DNA of 64,000 nt from an uncultured Chloroflexia bacterium (GCA_963700285.1 CAVOXA010000001.1:224001-288000), one strand, 5' to 3'; counted from the stretch's first letter, positions 42,983 through 54,070 are shown. Made by a program: numbers and translations. Notes: generated by a model from the sequence alone, not told the origin.

Positions 42983-44792
42983 ATGGATATTGAGTCAATG
43001 ATCAGCCCCCACGTGCAGGGCTTGGAACCGTACCAGCCGCCCGACTGGATGGAGATGGCCACCGGCGCCGGCGTGGCGCCGGACCAACTTGTCCGGTTGG
43101 ACGCCAATGAGAATCCCTACGGCCCCTCCCCCCGCACCATCGAGGCGCTGGCCTGCTTTCAGGGCTATGGCTACTACCCTGACTACCGGGCGCTGCAAGG
43201 CGCCGTGGCCCGCTATGCGGGCGTGGAGCCGGAGAACGTGGTCCTGGGCAGCGGCGGCGACGAGAACATTGACCTGGTGGTGCGCCTTTTCGTCGAGCCT
43301 GGCCAGGGGGTGATCGTCTGCCCGCCGGCTTTTGGCGTATACGCGACCAGTACCCTGGCGCACCGCGGCCGGTTGCTCAGCCTGCCCCGTCTGGCCGATT
43401 TCAGCCTGGATGTGGCGGGCATCGAGGCGCTGGCCGCGGGCGAGGGCGCAGAGAGTGACGAGGGCGAGCGGGCACGGCCCAAGCTGTTGTTTGTGACCTC
43501 GCCGGGCAACCCGGACGGGCAGGTGATCCCCCCGGAGACAATCCGCCGATTGCTGGACCTGCCACTGGCCGTCGTCGTGGATGAAGCCTACATCGAATTC
43601 GGCGGGCAGAGTGTCGTGCCCCTCTTGGAGGAACGTGCCAATCTGCTCGTGTTGCGCACCTTTAGCAAATGGGCGGGCATGGCCGGCCTGCGCCTGGGCT
43701 ATGCCCTGGTTTCACCCGAGGTCGGCCGGGCCATGGCCCGGCTGCGACCACCCTACAATGTCAATGCCGCTGCTGTTGTCGCCGCGCTGGCTACTTTCGA
43801 AGACATGGCCCCGGTGACGGCCAATCTGGACCGCATCATCGCCGAGCGCCAGCGGTTGTACGCGGCCCTGGTGCGATCTGCCCGGCGTGCGGCCCTTGCC
43901 TAGCCAGGCCAACTTTGTCTTCTGCCGGCTCAAGGACCGCTCCGGGCGGCAAGTGGCCCATCTGCTGGCTCAGCGGGGCATCCTGGTGCGCAGTTTCTCC
44001 GATCCATCTCTGGCCGATGCCCTGCGCATCTCGGTGGGCCGCCCGGAGCAGAATGACGCCGTGATCGCCGCCCTGTGGGCCGAACTCGGAGTAGAAGGTG
44101 CGGCACCGCCGCTGTCAGCGGTGGCCCCCCTGTCAGCAGGGCCGCCACTGTCGAAAGTGGCGCCTCTTCCAGGCAATTACAGATCCGCGCTGCCTGGTCG
44201 TCTGGCAGTACGTAGTGGGTACATCAAGCGCCAGACCGGCGAGACGGATGTGTCTGTGAGCCTGGACCTCGATGGTACGGGTTGCTACCAGGTCGATACC
44301 GGCCTGAGGTTCCTCGATCACATGCTGGCCCAGTTGGCTTCGCACGGCCTCTTTGACCTGGAGGTACAGGCGCGGGGAGACCTTGAAATCGATGAGCATC
44401 ATACGGTCGAGGACGTGGCCATCGGGCTGGGACAGGCGCTGGACAAAGCCCTGGGCGCCCGGCAGGGGATCGTGCGCATGGGGCAGTCCTACGCACCGTT
44501 GGACGAGGCGCTGGCCCGCGTGGTCGTGGATCTGAGCGGGCGCCCCTACGCCGTCATCGAGGCCGAGTTTGAGACGCCCAGCCTCGGCGCGGTGGGTACG
44601 GACCTGATCATCCATTTCCTGGAGACCCTGGCCTTCCAGGCGCGCATCAGCCTGCACGCCCGGGTGTTGTATGGGCGCAACGATCACCACAAGGCCGAGG
44701 CGCTGTTCAAGGCGCTGGGCCGGGCCCTGGATGCCGCTACGCGCCTGGATCCCCGCCGGCAGGGGGTGCCATCTACCAAAGGAGTGTTGTGA
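42983..44792 (+). CDS. hisC: Fused histidinol-phosphate aminotransferase / imidazoleglycerol-phosphate dehydratase (HisC-HisB; one frameshift near 43880)
   Basis: [29 protein letters not shown]; ORF 43887-44792 carries the HisC C-terminus ([18 protein letters not shown]) in frame with HisB ([27 protein letters not shown]). Confidence 0.85.
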
Positions 44793-44793
44793 G

Positions 44794-46368
44794 ATGCGCG
44801 CTATCTTGAGTGTGTCAGAAAAGACAGGCATCGACCTGTTGGGCCGTGGGCTGGTCGAGCTGGGGGCAGAGATCTATTCCACCGGCGGCACGATGCGCGC
44901 GCTGGAGGCTGCCGGCGTACCGGTGCGCGCCGTGAGCGAGTTGATCGGCTTTCCCGAGATCCTGGGCGGCAGGGTCAAGACGCTGCACCCCGCCCTCCAT
45001 GGTGGCATCCTGGCTCGCCGCGACGTGGCCGCCGATCTGGAAGAGCTGAGCGAACATGGCCTCAGTACCATCGACCTGGTGGCCGTCAACCTCTATCCCT
45101 TTGAGGCGGCGGTGGCGCGGCCGGGCATCAGCCTGTCCGACGCGCTGGAGCAGATCGATATTGGTGGGCCGGCGATGCTGCGGGCCGCAGCCAAGAACTA
45201 CCGGGCGGTGCTGCCCCTGTGCGACCCCGCCGACTATCCTGCGGTCCTGGACGCGCTGCGCCGGCCGGGCGGGCCTGACGAGGCATTCCGGCGTGGGCTG
45301 GCGGCCAAGGCATTTCGCCATACGGCTTGCTACGACGCCCTCATCGCCGCCTACCTGGGCCGGAGCAGCGATCCCTGGCCTGCCAAACTGCCGCTGAGCC
45401 TGAGCCAGGTACAGAAGCCGCGCTATGGCGAGAATCCCCAGCAGCGGGCGGCCTTCTACGTGGTCAACTGGCCCTCCGGGGGCGTCAGCGGCCTGGCCGC
45501 GGCGCGGCAATATCAGGGCAAGCCCCTGTCCTACAATAACCTCCTGGACGCCGACGCGGCCTGGATCGTGGCCAGCGATTACCAGCCGGTGACGGTGGCC
45601 ATCATCAAGCATACGAATCCCTGCGGTCTGGCCCAGGTCGACGATGCCGGCGGGCTCGAGTTGTCCACGCTGGCGGCCTATGACCTGGCCCTGGCCGGTG
45701 ACCCGCAGGCCGCCTTTGGCGGCATCGTGGCTGTGAATGTACCGGTGGGCGGCGCGCTGGCCCGGCGCCTGACCGAGCGATTCTACGAGATCGTCCTGGC
45801 CCCCGAGTTCAGCGCCGAGGCGAGGGACATCTTGGGCGCGCGGCCGAACCTGCGCGTGCTGGCCATGCCGTACAAGCTGGCCGAGGAGCTGCAATGGCGG
45901 AGCGTGCCCGGCGGCCTGCTGGTCCAGGAGCCCGACCACCTGGGCGATTCGGAGGTGGCTGAGGGCAGGGTGGTGACCCAGCGCCCGCCCAGCGACGAGG
46001 AGTGGATGGCCCTGGCCTTCGCCTGGCGTGCTGTGCGCCACGTCAAGTCCAACGCCATCGTGCTGGCCCGGGGCGAGCGCGGCCCTGACGGCAGCCAGGC
46101 GGCGCTGGTGGGCATGGGCGCTGGCCAGCCCTCGCGGGTGGCCTCCGTCGAGATCGCCGTGGCGCGGGCCGGATCTCGCGCCGCTGGCTCCGTGCTGGCC
46201 TCCGACGCCTTTTTCCCCAAGGCCGATGGCCTGGAGGCCGCGGCCAGGGCTGGGGTGCGGGCCGTCGTCCAGCCAGGCGGATCCCGCGGCGACGGGGAAG
46301 TCATTGCTGCCGCTGACGCGGCGGGCCTGGCCATGGTTTTTACCGGGACGCGGCATTTCAGCCACTGA
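44794..46368 (+). CDS. purH: Bifunctional AICAR transformylase / IMP cyclohydrolase
   Basis: ILSVSEKTG, GGRVKTLHP, IDIGGP, RYGENP, LSYNN, KHTNPCG, KSNAI, ASDAFFP, QPGGS. Confidence 0.93.
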   Translation: MRAILSVSEKTGIDLLGRGLVELGAEIYSTGGTMRALEAAGVPVRAVSELIGFPEILGGRVKTLHPALHGGILARRDVAADLEELSEHGLSTIDLVAVNLYPFEAAVARPGISLSDALEQIDIGGPAMLRAAAKNYRAVLPLCDPADYPAVLDALRRPGGPDEAFRRGLAAKAFRHTACYDALIAAYLGRSSDPWPAKLPLSLSQVQKPRYGENPQQRAAFYVVNWPSGGVSGLAAARQYQGKPLSYNNLLDADAAWIVASDYQPVTVAIIKHTNPCGLAQVDDAGGLELSTLAAYDLALAGDPQAAFGGIVAVNVPVGGALARRLTERFYEIVLAPEFSAEARDILGARPNLRVLAMPYKLAEELQWRSVPGGLLVQEPDHLGDSEVAEGRVVTQRPPSDEEWMALAFAWRAVRHVKSNAIVLARGERGPDGSQAALVGMGAGQPSRVASVEIAVARAGSRAAGSVLASDAFFPKADGLEAAARAGVRAVVQPGGSRGDGEVIAAADAAGLAMVFTGTRHFSH

Positions 46369-46373
46369 GGCCA

Positions 46374-46556
46374 AGACGGGGACCTGCTGACTGTCATGCC
46401 CGTGTAGGCGGGCATCCATTCTTGCCAGGAGCAGACGGGGCCTGCTATCTGTCGTGCCCGCGTAGGCGGGCATCCATTCTTGCCAGGAGCAGACGGGGCC
46501 CTGCTATCTGTCGTGCCCGCGTAGGCGGGTATCCATTTTTGCCAGGAGCAGACGGG
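46374..46556. repeat. Three tandem 58-59 bp units, each carrying a TGCCCGC-GTAG-GCGGGCA-type palindrome
   Basis: CTGTC(A/G)TGCCCG(T/C)GTAGGCGGG(C/T)ATCCATT.TTGCCAGGAGCAGACGGG at 46391, 46449 and 46508. Confidence 0.9.
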
Positions 46557-46686
46557 ACACTGCCAAGTGTCAAGCCCGCGCAAGCCTGCCCTCGAGGCTC
46601 GAGGGGCGGGAATGAAAGGCGAGTCGTTGCGGCATTTCCACCGAAATGGATTCTGAGCCGGTGAGGCTAAGGTTGAGGTTAGGATT

Positions 46687-47307
46687 ATGATCGTGATTGT
46701 GGACTATGGCGTCGGCAACCTGCGCAGCGTGCAAAAAGGGCTGGAGCGGGTGGGAGCGGAGGCGGTCGTCAGCGACCACGCGGCCGTGCTAGACGCGGCC
46801 CAGGGAGTGATCCTGCCCGGCGTGGGCGCTTTTGGCGACGGGATGGACAACCTGGTGGCTCGGCGGCTGGTCGAACCGGTGCTGCGTCAGGTGGAGGCCG
46901 GGAAGCCACTGCTGGGCATCTGCTTGGGGATGCAGCTGCTCTTCGACGAGAGCGAGGAGATGGGCCAGCACCAGGGGCTGGGCCTGCTGCCGGGGCGTGT
47001 GGTGCGCTTCCCTGAGGGCGACCTGAAGGTACCCCACATCGGCTGGAACCAACTGGTGGGTATCCGGGGGCCGGTGCTCGAGGGCATCCGGGACGAGTCC
47101 TATGCCTATTTCGTGCACTCTTACTATGCCCTGCCCCAAGAGCCAGCCGACGTCCTGGCCACGACCGAATACGGGTTCGACTTTGCGTCGGTCGTAGGCC
47201 GGGGAAAGGTCTGGGGTGTGCAGTTCCACCCCGAGAAAAGCCAGGAGGTGGGGCTGCGGCTGCTGGAGAACTTTGCCTGGCTTGTTGGCAAGGGAGACCG
47301 GCCATGA
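46687..47307 (+). CDS. hisH: Imidazole glycerol phosphate synthase glutaminase subunit
   Basis: [47 protein letters not shown]. Confidence 0.95.
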   Translation: MIVIVDYGVGNLRSVQKGLERVGAEAVVSDHAAVLDAAQGVILPGVGAFGDGMDNLVARRLVEPVLRQVEAGKPLLGICLGMQLLFDESEEMGQHQGLGLLPGRVVRFPEGDLKVPHIGWNQLVGIRGPVLEGIRDESYAYFVHSYYALPQEPADVLATTEYGFDFASVVGRGKVWGVQFHPEKSQEVGLRLLENFAWLVGKGDRP

Positions 47308-48055
47308 TTGTCCTGCCAGCGATCGACCTGCGGCATGGTCGCTGCGTGCGGCTGCGACAGGGGCGGGCGGAGGACGAGACGGTGTTTGGCGATGATCCCG
47401 CGGCTGTGGCCCGGCGATGGGTCGAGCAGGGAGCGGCATGGCTGCACGTGGTGAACCTGGATGGCGCCTTCGGCGATGCCGCTGGTACGTCGGATAGGCC
47501 CATCAACCTGCGGCGCCTGGCCGAGATCCGCGCCGCCGTGCCAGAGACGCCCATCCAGTTTGGGGGGGAGTGCGCTCACTGGCGGACGTGGAAACAGCCC
47601 TGAGTCTGGGAGCGACGCGCGTGATCCTGGGCACGGTGGCGGTGCAAGATCCAGATCTGGTGGTGGCAGCGGTAGGGCGTTTCGGCGCGGAGCGGATCGT
47701 CGTTGGCATCGATGCCCGCGATGGCCAGGTGGCCACCCACGGCTGGCAGCAAACCAGCGATACGACGGCCGTGGCCCTGGGCCGGGAGATGGTCCGGCAG
47801 GGGCTAAGCCGCGCCGTCTACACCGACATCGCTCGCGATGGCATGCTGACTGGTGTGAACGTCGAGGCCACGGCCACCCTGGCCAGGGAAACGGGGCTGA
47901 AGGTGATCGCCTCGGGGGGCGTAGCTTCCCTGGAGGATGTAGCGCGTCTCAGGGCACGGGTGGACGCCGCGATCGAAGGGGTGATCATCGGCCAGGCGCT
48001 TTATACGGGGGCGGTGTCGTTGCCGGAGGCGATCCGGGAGACAGGCAAGGACTGA
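47304..48055 (+). CDS. hisA: ProFAR isomerase (frameshift in the G run at about 47562)
   Basis: [50 protein letters not shown]. Confidence 0.9.
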
Positions 48056-48059
48056 AGGC

Positions 48060-48698
48060 TCAGCCAAACCTGCGGGCCAATTCCGCCTCCACGTCGGCCC
48101 AAGCGAGTTCGCGGGCGGCGAGCAATACCAGGGAGTGGTAGGCAAGGTCAGCCAGCTCGCTGACCAGACGTTCGTCGCCCTCACTCTGGGCAGCGATGAT
48201 AACTTCGACGGCCTCTTCGCCCACCTTGCGCAGGATGCGCGGCAGGCCGCTGTCAAAGAGTTCGCAGGTATAGGAACCGGGCTGGGGATTGGCTTTGCGG
48301 TCCTGGATGACGGCCTCCAGGTGGGCCAGCACGCCTCCGGCTGGAGGTGGGGCTCCCACCTGGCGTTGATCCGGGAGGCGCCGGTAAAAGCAGCTCTGCT
48401 GGCCGGTGTGGCAGGCCGGGCCTGAGGGCTCGACGCGCAGCAGCAGGGTATCCGCGTCACAGTCGTAGCGGATCTCCACCACGCGTTGGGTGTTCCCTGA
48501 CGTCGCGCCTTTGTTCCACAGCTCGCCGCGGCTGCGGCTCCAGAACCAGGTCTCGCCGGTCTCGATGGTGCGCTCCAGTGACACTTGATTCATATAGGCC
48601 AGCATCAAGACTTGTCCCGTATTCGCATCTTGTACGATAGCCGGAACCAGTCCCCGTTCGTCCCATCTGATCTGGTTCAACACTTGAATGTCTCCCAT
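48060..48698 (-). CDS. hisIE: Bifunctional phosphoribosyl-AMP cyclohydrolase / phosphoribosyl-ATP pyrophosphatase
   Basis: [37 protein letters not shown]; [20 protein letters not shown]. Confidence 0.93.
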   Translation of the reverse strand: MGDIQVLNQIRWDERGLVPAIVQDANTGQVLMLAYMNQVSLERTIETGETWFWSRSRGELWNKGATSGNTQRVVEIRYDCDADTLLLRVEPSGPACHTGQQSCFYRRLPDQRQVGAPPPAGGVLAHLEAVIQDRKANPQPGSYTCELFDSGLPRILRKVGEEAVEVIIAAQSEGDERLVSELADLAYHSLVLLAARELAWADVEAELARRFG

Positions 48699-48755
48699 CT
48701 CTGCATGAGTGTCTAAATGGTTCTCTCGCCAAGTCTCTAATGATCTCGCTGTAGC

Positions 48756-48998
48756 GCACCGGCCTGAAAGAGATACTGTTGGCTTACTACATAATGCATG
48801 GCTGTGCAGCAGACCGCGCGGGGATGAACTCCCCGCGCTACAGAGCAACGCCCCGTGAACGGGGCTGGCTGACTTGATCTGGTCCCTCCCAGCCCGATTC
48901 ATCGGGCGTTGCTCCGTAGACCGGCCACATGGTCGGTCGGTTCTGCTAGCGGGATCACATTATGTAATAGACCAACAGTATCCCGAAAGAGCCGGTGC
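48756..48998. repeat. 243-bp nested inverted-repeat element (REPIN/MITE-like)
   Basis: Outer arms 48756-48796 and 48958-48998; inner arms CTACAGAGCAACGCCC (48838) and GGGCGTTGCTCCGTAG (48904); GTAG-flanked short palindromes. Confidence 0.8.
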
Positions 48999-49003
48999 TA
49001 GGA

Positions 49004-49061
49004 ATTGAAATCGATAGAAATCTTCCCAGCACCGCCTGTTTACGGCGGTGCCGGAATCAAT
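49004..49061. repeat. Palindromic element, copy 2 (matches 37504-37558)
   Basis: ATTGAAA..AGAAATCT..AGCACCGCCTGTTTACGGCGGTGCcggAATCAAT. Confidence 0.7.
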
Positions 49062-49135
49062 GTTGCAATGTTGCCGCATACCCCGCGAGATGACCGGCGC
49101 ATCTGGTCTGTGAGAGCGTACCGCTCCTCCCTCCA

Positions 49136-49909
49136 TCATCCTCTCACCGGCACGCCGCGCTCGGCCAAATAGTCCTTCACCTGGCCGACGCTGAGTTGCT
49201 TGTAATGAAAGACCGACGCAACCAGGGCTGCGCTGGCACCGCCTTCGGTCAATGCCTGGAAAAAGTGTTTCAGTTTTCCAGCGCCCCCGGAGGCGATGAC
49301 CGGGATCCGCACACTGCTGGACACGGCCCGCAGGAGGGGGATGTCATACCCATCCAGGGTGCCGTCGGTATCCATGCTGGTGAGCAGGATCTCGCCCGCG
49401 CCCCGGTCCTCGGCCTCCCTGGCCCAGGCGAGGACGTCGCGGCCGGTAGGTATCCGGCCTCCATTGACATAAACTTCCCAGCAGGGCGGTTCGTCGCCGT
49501 TCGCCGGAAGCCGTCTGGCATCGATGGCGACGACCATGCATTGGCTGCCAAAGCGTTTGGCCCCCTGGGTGATTATCTCTGGCTGGCGAACGGCGGCGCT
49601 GTTGATGGAGACTTTGTCGGCCCCGGCGACGAGGATCTCGCGAAAGTCCTCCACGGTCCGCAATCCACCCCCTACGGTGAAGGGGATAAAGACCACGTCG
49701 GCCACCCGGCGTACGACGCTGCGCATGATTTCTCGCCCCTGATGGGTAGCGGTGATATCCAAAAATACGAGTTCATCAGCCCGTTCTTTGTCATAGACCA
49801 CGGCCTGCTCGACGGGATCGCCCGCGTCGCGCAGGTCCAGAAAACGGACGCCCTTCACCACGCGTCCGTCCGTTACATCCAGGCAGGGTATGATACGTTT
49901 GGCCAGCAC
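49136..49909 (-). CDS. hisF: Imidazole glycerol phosphate synthase cyclase subunit
   Basis: [59 protein letters not shown]. Confidence 0.96.
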   Translation of the reverse strand: MLAKRIIPCLDVTDGRVVKGVRFLDLRDAGDPVEQAVVYDKERADELVFLDITATHQGREIMRSVVRRVADVVFIPFTVGGGLRTVEDFREILVAGADKVSINSAAVRQPEIITQGAKRFGSQCMVVAIDARRLPANGDEPPCWEVYVNGGRIPTGRDVLAWAREAEDRGAGEILLTSMDTDGTLDGYDIPLLRAVSSSVRIPVIASGGAGKLKHFFQALTEGGASAALVASVFHYKQLSVGQVKDYLAERGVPVRG

Positions 49910-50125
49910 AGGCTACGCTCCTTGGCTCCCGCTCATCGCCTGCTACCCAGGACTGGCAGTCCTTTGGCGATCTGACGGTTAGGCCGCTCATGGTTCAAAG
50001 GACGGGCAATTCTGCGGCGCTGATCTAGCGACAGGACTGCCAGTCCTCAAAGATTCTGGCCGCTATTCTACCCCATGGCGCGAGAAGATGCAAGCTGGTT
50101 GGGGCGGTCCTGGCAAAAGCCCGAC

Positions 50126-50611
50126 TCATGAGGTGAAATCACCCACCTCCGCCCCCATGGCGTGCTGCAGATCCTCAGGATCTAGCTCCAGGCCCATGTC
50201 GGGCCGGCCTGAACTGATGATGGCCCTTTCTAGCTCCAGGACGTGCTGGTCCAGGTAGCTGGGGACATTGTCGCGCCGGAAACCCATAACAGAGACGGCG
50301 CCCACCTGGTAGCCGGTCACCCGTTGTACGTCGCGTCCCTGGGCCATGGCCACATTCTTGTCGCCCAAAACCGCGCCGACCTTCTTCAGACTAAGCTGTC
50401 GGTCGCCGGGGACAACAACCAGGGCAAAGTTACCGCCTGAGTGTTGGACGATCATGGCTTTGACCACCCAGGACACAGGGACGTCCAGATCCCCGGCCAC
50501 ACCCTCAGCCGTGAGCTGCTTGCGGGCCTGTTGGCGCGGCTGGTAAGAGATCCCCTTCTCCTCCAGGATACGCATGGGTAGTGTCTTGGCCGTGCCCTTC
50601 TTCTTTGCCAT
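50126..50611 (-). CDS. ybaK: YbaK/EbsC-family aminoacyl-tRNA deacylase
   Basis: VVKAMIV, VVPGDRQLSLKK, TGYQVGAVS, ISSGRPD. Confidence 0.8.
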   Translation of the reverse strand: MAKKKGTAKTLPMRILEEKGISYQPRQQARKQLTAEGVAGDLDVPVSWVVKAMIVQHSGGNFALVVVPGDRQLSLKKVGAVLGDKNVAMAQGRDVQRVTGYQVGAVSVMGFRRDNVPSYLDQHVLELERAIISSGRPDMGLELDPEDLQHAMGAEVGDFTS

Positions 50612-50937
50612 TTCAGATTCCTCCCCAGTCCTGTTCGAAGCTTCCAATCTGGTTAACGATCCGACCCGCATCTTTTTGAGGGTGTGTGCTCAAGTTGTTG
50701 ATGGTGTCAACTTGCTCACCGACAGGCCAGAGTATAGCATCTGATGGGGACAGAAGGCAATACGCTGTACAGGAATGCTCTGGGCAAAGGAATCTCACCC
50801 TCTCGATCTGGACCGTCACCGGTTCAAGGTGGCATTGCTCTGCGGGCAGGTATCCGATGAGGAAGCCTGAATCATCCCGGCCGGGTGGGGTGCGACTAAC
50901 GTATCAATTTCGGTGGAAATGCCACCGAGCTGACCAG

Positions 50938-51150
50938 TCATTCCCGCGATGCTTGCCTCCGAGGAGGCGGGGGAGCGGGAATCCACGCCACCAGCAATCG
51001 TCACCGCCGCCGAGTGGATGCCCGCGAGAATCATGCGGGTATGCTCGCCAGAACCATGCGGGCATGACAGGATCCTTGGCGGATGCCCGCCACAGTTTAC
51101 CCCCACGGCGGTGGGGTGGGCAGTCACCCTTCGTCCTTCGCTCAGAGTCC
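50938..51150. repeat. Cluster of short palindromic (REP-like) repeats
   Basis: GTCATTCCCGC...GCGGGAATCC; GGATGCCCGC...GCGGGTATG; GCGGGCATGAC; CCCCAC-GGCG-GTGGGG; related to the 46.4-kb repeat unit. Confidence 0.6.
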
Positions 51151-51372
51151 GTCCCAACTCAAACTTCCACCTAAATGTATACACTGTCGACTTGCGTAGG
51201 CTTTTGTGATGAGAGAGAGCTTGTGGTATAATGGCAGCACGCGAGCTGAGATAAAGCTGCTGGTTGCTAGGAGTTTCGGTTTGGCTGCGGCAAAGGATGG
51301 CCTCGATATGAATCCACGAAAGCTGTGTGGTCAAGTTCTCTCCCGTCGCGCGGATGGGGAAATGATGTCGCG

Positions 51373-52720
51373 ATGATCTTGACCATCCTGTTGGCTACCC
51401 TCGTTATATCGATGATGATCTTTTTCAACGGGCTGTACGTGGCCGGCGAGTTTTCGTCGGTCAGCGCCCGCAAGACGCGCATCATCCAGATGGCCGAGGA
51501 AGGCAACCGGCTGGCCCAGACCCTGCTGCCTGTCCTGCAGGATCCGCACAAGCTGGACAACTATATCGCCGCCAGCCAGGTGGGCATCACCCTGTCGAGC
51601 ATCGTGCTGGGCATCTATGGCGAGCAGCAGATCGCGCCCCTCATCGCGCCGTGGATCGCCAAGCTGCCCATCGGCGCGATCCGGCACCGGCGGTCACGTG
51701 GCCGCCGCCGGCATCGCCTCTACCCTGGTGCTCATCGTGCTGACGACGCTCCAGGTGGTGATGGGCGAGCTGGTGCCCAAGTCGGTGGCCATCCAGTACC
51801 CGGAGAGGCTGGCACTGCTCACCGCCCTGCCCATGAAGTGGTCAGCAGACTATATTCTAAAACCTCTCATCGTCCTGCTAAACGGCAGCGGCGCGCTGAT
51901 CCTTAAGCTGCTGGGCATCGGGCGATGGCGGGGGCCACACCCACGTCCACTCGCCGGAAGAGATCCTCATCCTGGTCAAAGAGAGCCATCGCGGCGGGCT
52001 GATCGCCGCCGATGAACGCCAGTTTCTCCAGAATGTGTTCCGCCGCAGCCAGCTCCGGGCCGAGGAGATTGCCGTCCCCCGCACCCGGATGGTGGCCGCC
52101 CCGGTCGACAGGCCGGTGAGTGAGGTGCTCAAGCTGGCCGCCGACTCGGCCTACACGCGCATCCCCATCTATGAGGGCGACATCGACCACATCGTCGGCT
52201 TTGTCCACCTGCGCGACCTGTTCGCCCTGTACCGGACCGACGCCGAGGCGGATGTCCGCAGCATCGTGCGGCCCGGTGCCCTTTGTGCCCGAAACCCTCA
52301 CCAGCGCCGAGGTGTGGGAGCGGCTCGACGAGGCGCAGAGCTATCTGGCGATTGTCTTTGACGAATATGGCGGCACCAGCGGCCTGATCACCCGCGAGGA
52401 CCTGGTCGAAGAGCTTTTTGGCGAGCTGCAGGACGAATTTGACCAGGAACAGGCGTTCCTGACACCCGCATGGCGCCGGGCGCATCAGCGTGCGCGGCGA
52501 CATGCTCATCTCCTAGCCTCAACGACAAGTTGGAGATCAACCTGCCGCACGAAGAGTCCCACACCGTCGGCGGGCTGGTCATGGATAGCTTGGGACGCAT
52601 CCCCCAGGTGGGCGACGCAGGTCGAGATACGAGGGCATCGGCCTGCGGGTGGAAGCAGTGAGATCACCACTCGAGTGACCAAGGTGTGTGTGTCCCTGCC
52701 TGCCGAGGAGAGCGGCGTGA
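51373..52720 (+). CDS. Hemolysin/CNNM-family protein (DUF21-CBS-CorC), copy 1 (frameshifted)
   Basis: NGLYVAGEFS, SQVGITLSS, GELVPKS, YTRIPIYEGDIDHIVG, DEYGGTSGLITREDLVEELFGELQDEFD. Confidence 0.82.
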
Positions 52721-54044
52721 TGGCCGGTGTTCTTCTCGTTCATCGTCATCGTCATCCTGATCCTGATCAACGGTCTGTTCGTGGCCGCCGAGTTTTCCAT
52801 CATTGGCGTGCGCCCCACGCGCGTCGAGCAACTGGCTGCTGGCGGAAACCGGGCTGCACGCTGGGTGCAGGGCATCCTGGACGAACAGGCGCAAGACCGA
52901 TCGCTACATCGCCACGGCCCAGTTGGGCATCACCCTGGCCAGCCTGGGCCTGGGCATGTACGCCGAGCCGGCCATCGCCCATCTGATCGAGGCCCCACTG
53001 CACGATTGGTTCGGCCTGGAAGGGGCCATCGTTCACACCATCTCCTTCATCCTGGCCCTGGCGATCATCACCTACCTGCACGTCGTCGTCGGCGAGATGG
53101 TGCCCAAGTCGCTGGCGCTCCAGAATGCGGAGGGAACCGTGCTCAGCTCTGACCACCCCGATGAGGCTCATAGGCAAGCTTTTCTCGATCCCGGTGACGC
53201 TGCTGAACCGGATCGGCCTGTGGACGCTCAAGCTGCTGCGCATTCCGCCGCCCGGCGAGGACAGCCGGCTCTATTCCCTGGACGAGTTGGAGCTGCTCGT
53301 CTCCGAGAGCTATGCCGAGGGCCTGTTCGAGGATGACGAGCAGGAACTGGTGACCAATCTCCTCGATTTTGCCGAGGAACGGGTAGACCAGGTCATGATG
53401 CCCCGGCCGATGATGACTGCCATCCCGGCCCATCGACATCGACGAGGAGGAACTGCTGTCGCTGTTTGCATCCACGCCCTACAGCCGGCTGCCGGTGTAT
53501 GGCGAGAGCATCGACGACATTCATCGGAGTTGTGCATCTCAAGGACCTGGTACGCCAGCAGCTTGCGCAGGAGCCCTTCGAGCTGGCACCGCTTGCTGCG
53601 ACCGGTATCCTTTGTGCCTGAAACCTTGCCGGTCAAGACGCTGCTGGCCGAGTTTCAGAGGACAGCGCCAGCAGATCGCCATCGTCATCGATGAGCACGG
53701 GCGGAACGCTGGGCCTGGTAACGATGGAGGATCTCCTCGAAGAGGTGGTCGGCGAGGTGCGCGACGAGTTTGACATTGAGGAGGAGGCGCCGCTCACCCT
53801 CGTCGAGCCCGGCCACCTCACCGTGCAGGGCGCTGTACAACTGGAGGACCTCGAGGCCTACGTGGACATCGGCCAGTACGAGCACGATGTGCAGACCGTA
53901 GGCGGGCTGGTCTGGGCGGAGTTAGGCCGCCGGCCTGAGGTTGGCGACCAGGTCACGTTTGGCAAGGTGACCTTTCGCGTGGAGGTGATGACCGGCCTGG
54001 CCATCAGCCAGGTTTCGCTTGATTTTCCGGCGGAAACGGGATGA
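52720..54044 (+). CDS. Hemolysin/CNNM-family protein (DUF21-CBS-CorC), copy 2 (frameshifted)
   Basis: NGLFVAAEFS, AQLGITLASLGLG, GEMVPKS, GLVTMEDLLEEVVGEVRDEFD, TVGGLV...PEVGD. Confidence 0.82.
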
Positions 54045-54070
54045 TCTGAGTATTTGAACTGACTCAATGC

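Noticed and set aside
44815-46473. Long antisense ORFs (552 aa here; also 40249-41604, 38709-39809, 6689-7762)
   Set aside because: These are shadow ORFs opposite well-supported GC-rich genes, with no recognisable motifs.
46374-46556. Possible CRISPR array
   Set aside because: The units are near-identical along their whole length with no unique spacers, and no cas genes are present.
48699-48902. N-terminal extension of hisIE in the ORF track (similar extensions on glgP, purH, hisC, AOR, MalT-like and SIMPL)
   Set aside because: The extensions run through repeats or upstream genes. Family similarity, and in most cases an RBS, indicates the later starts used above.
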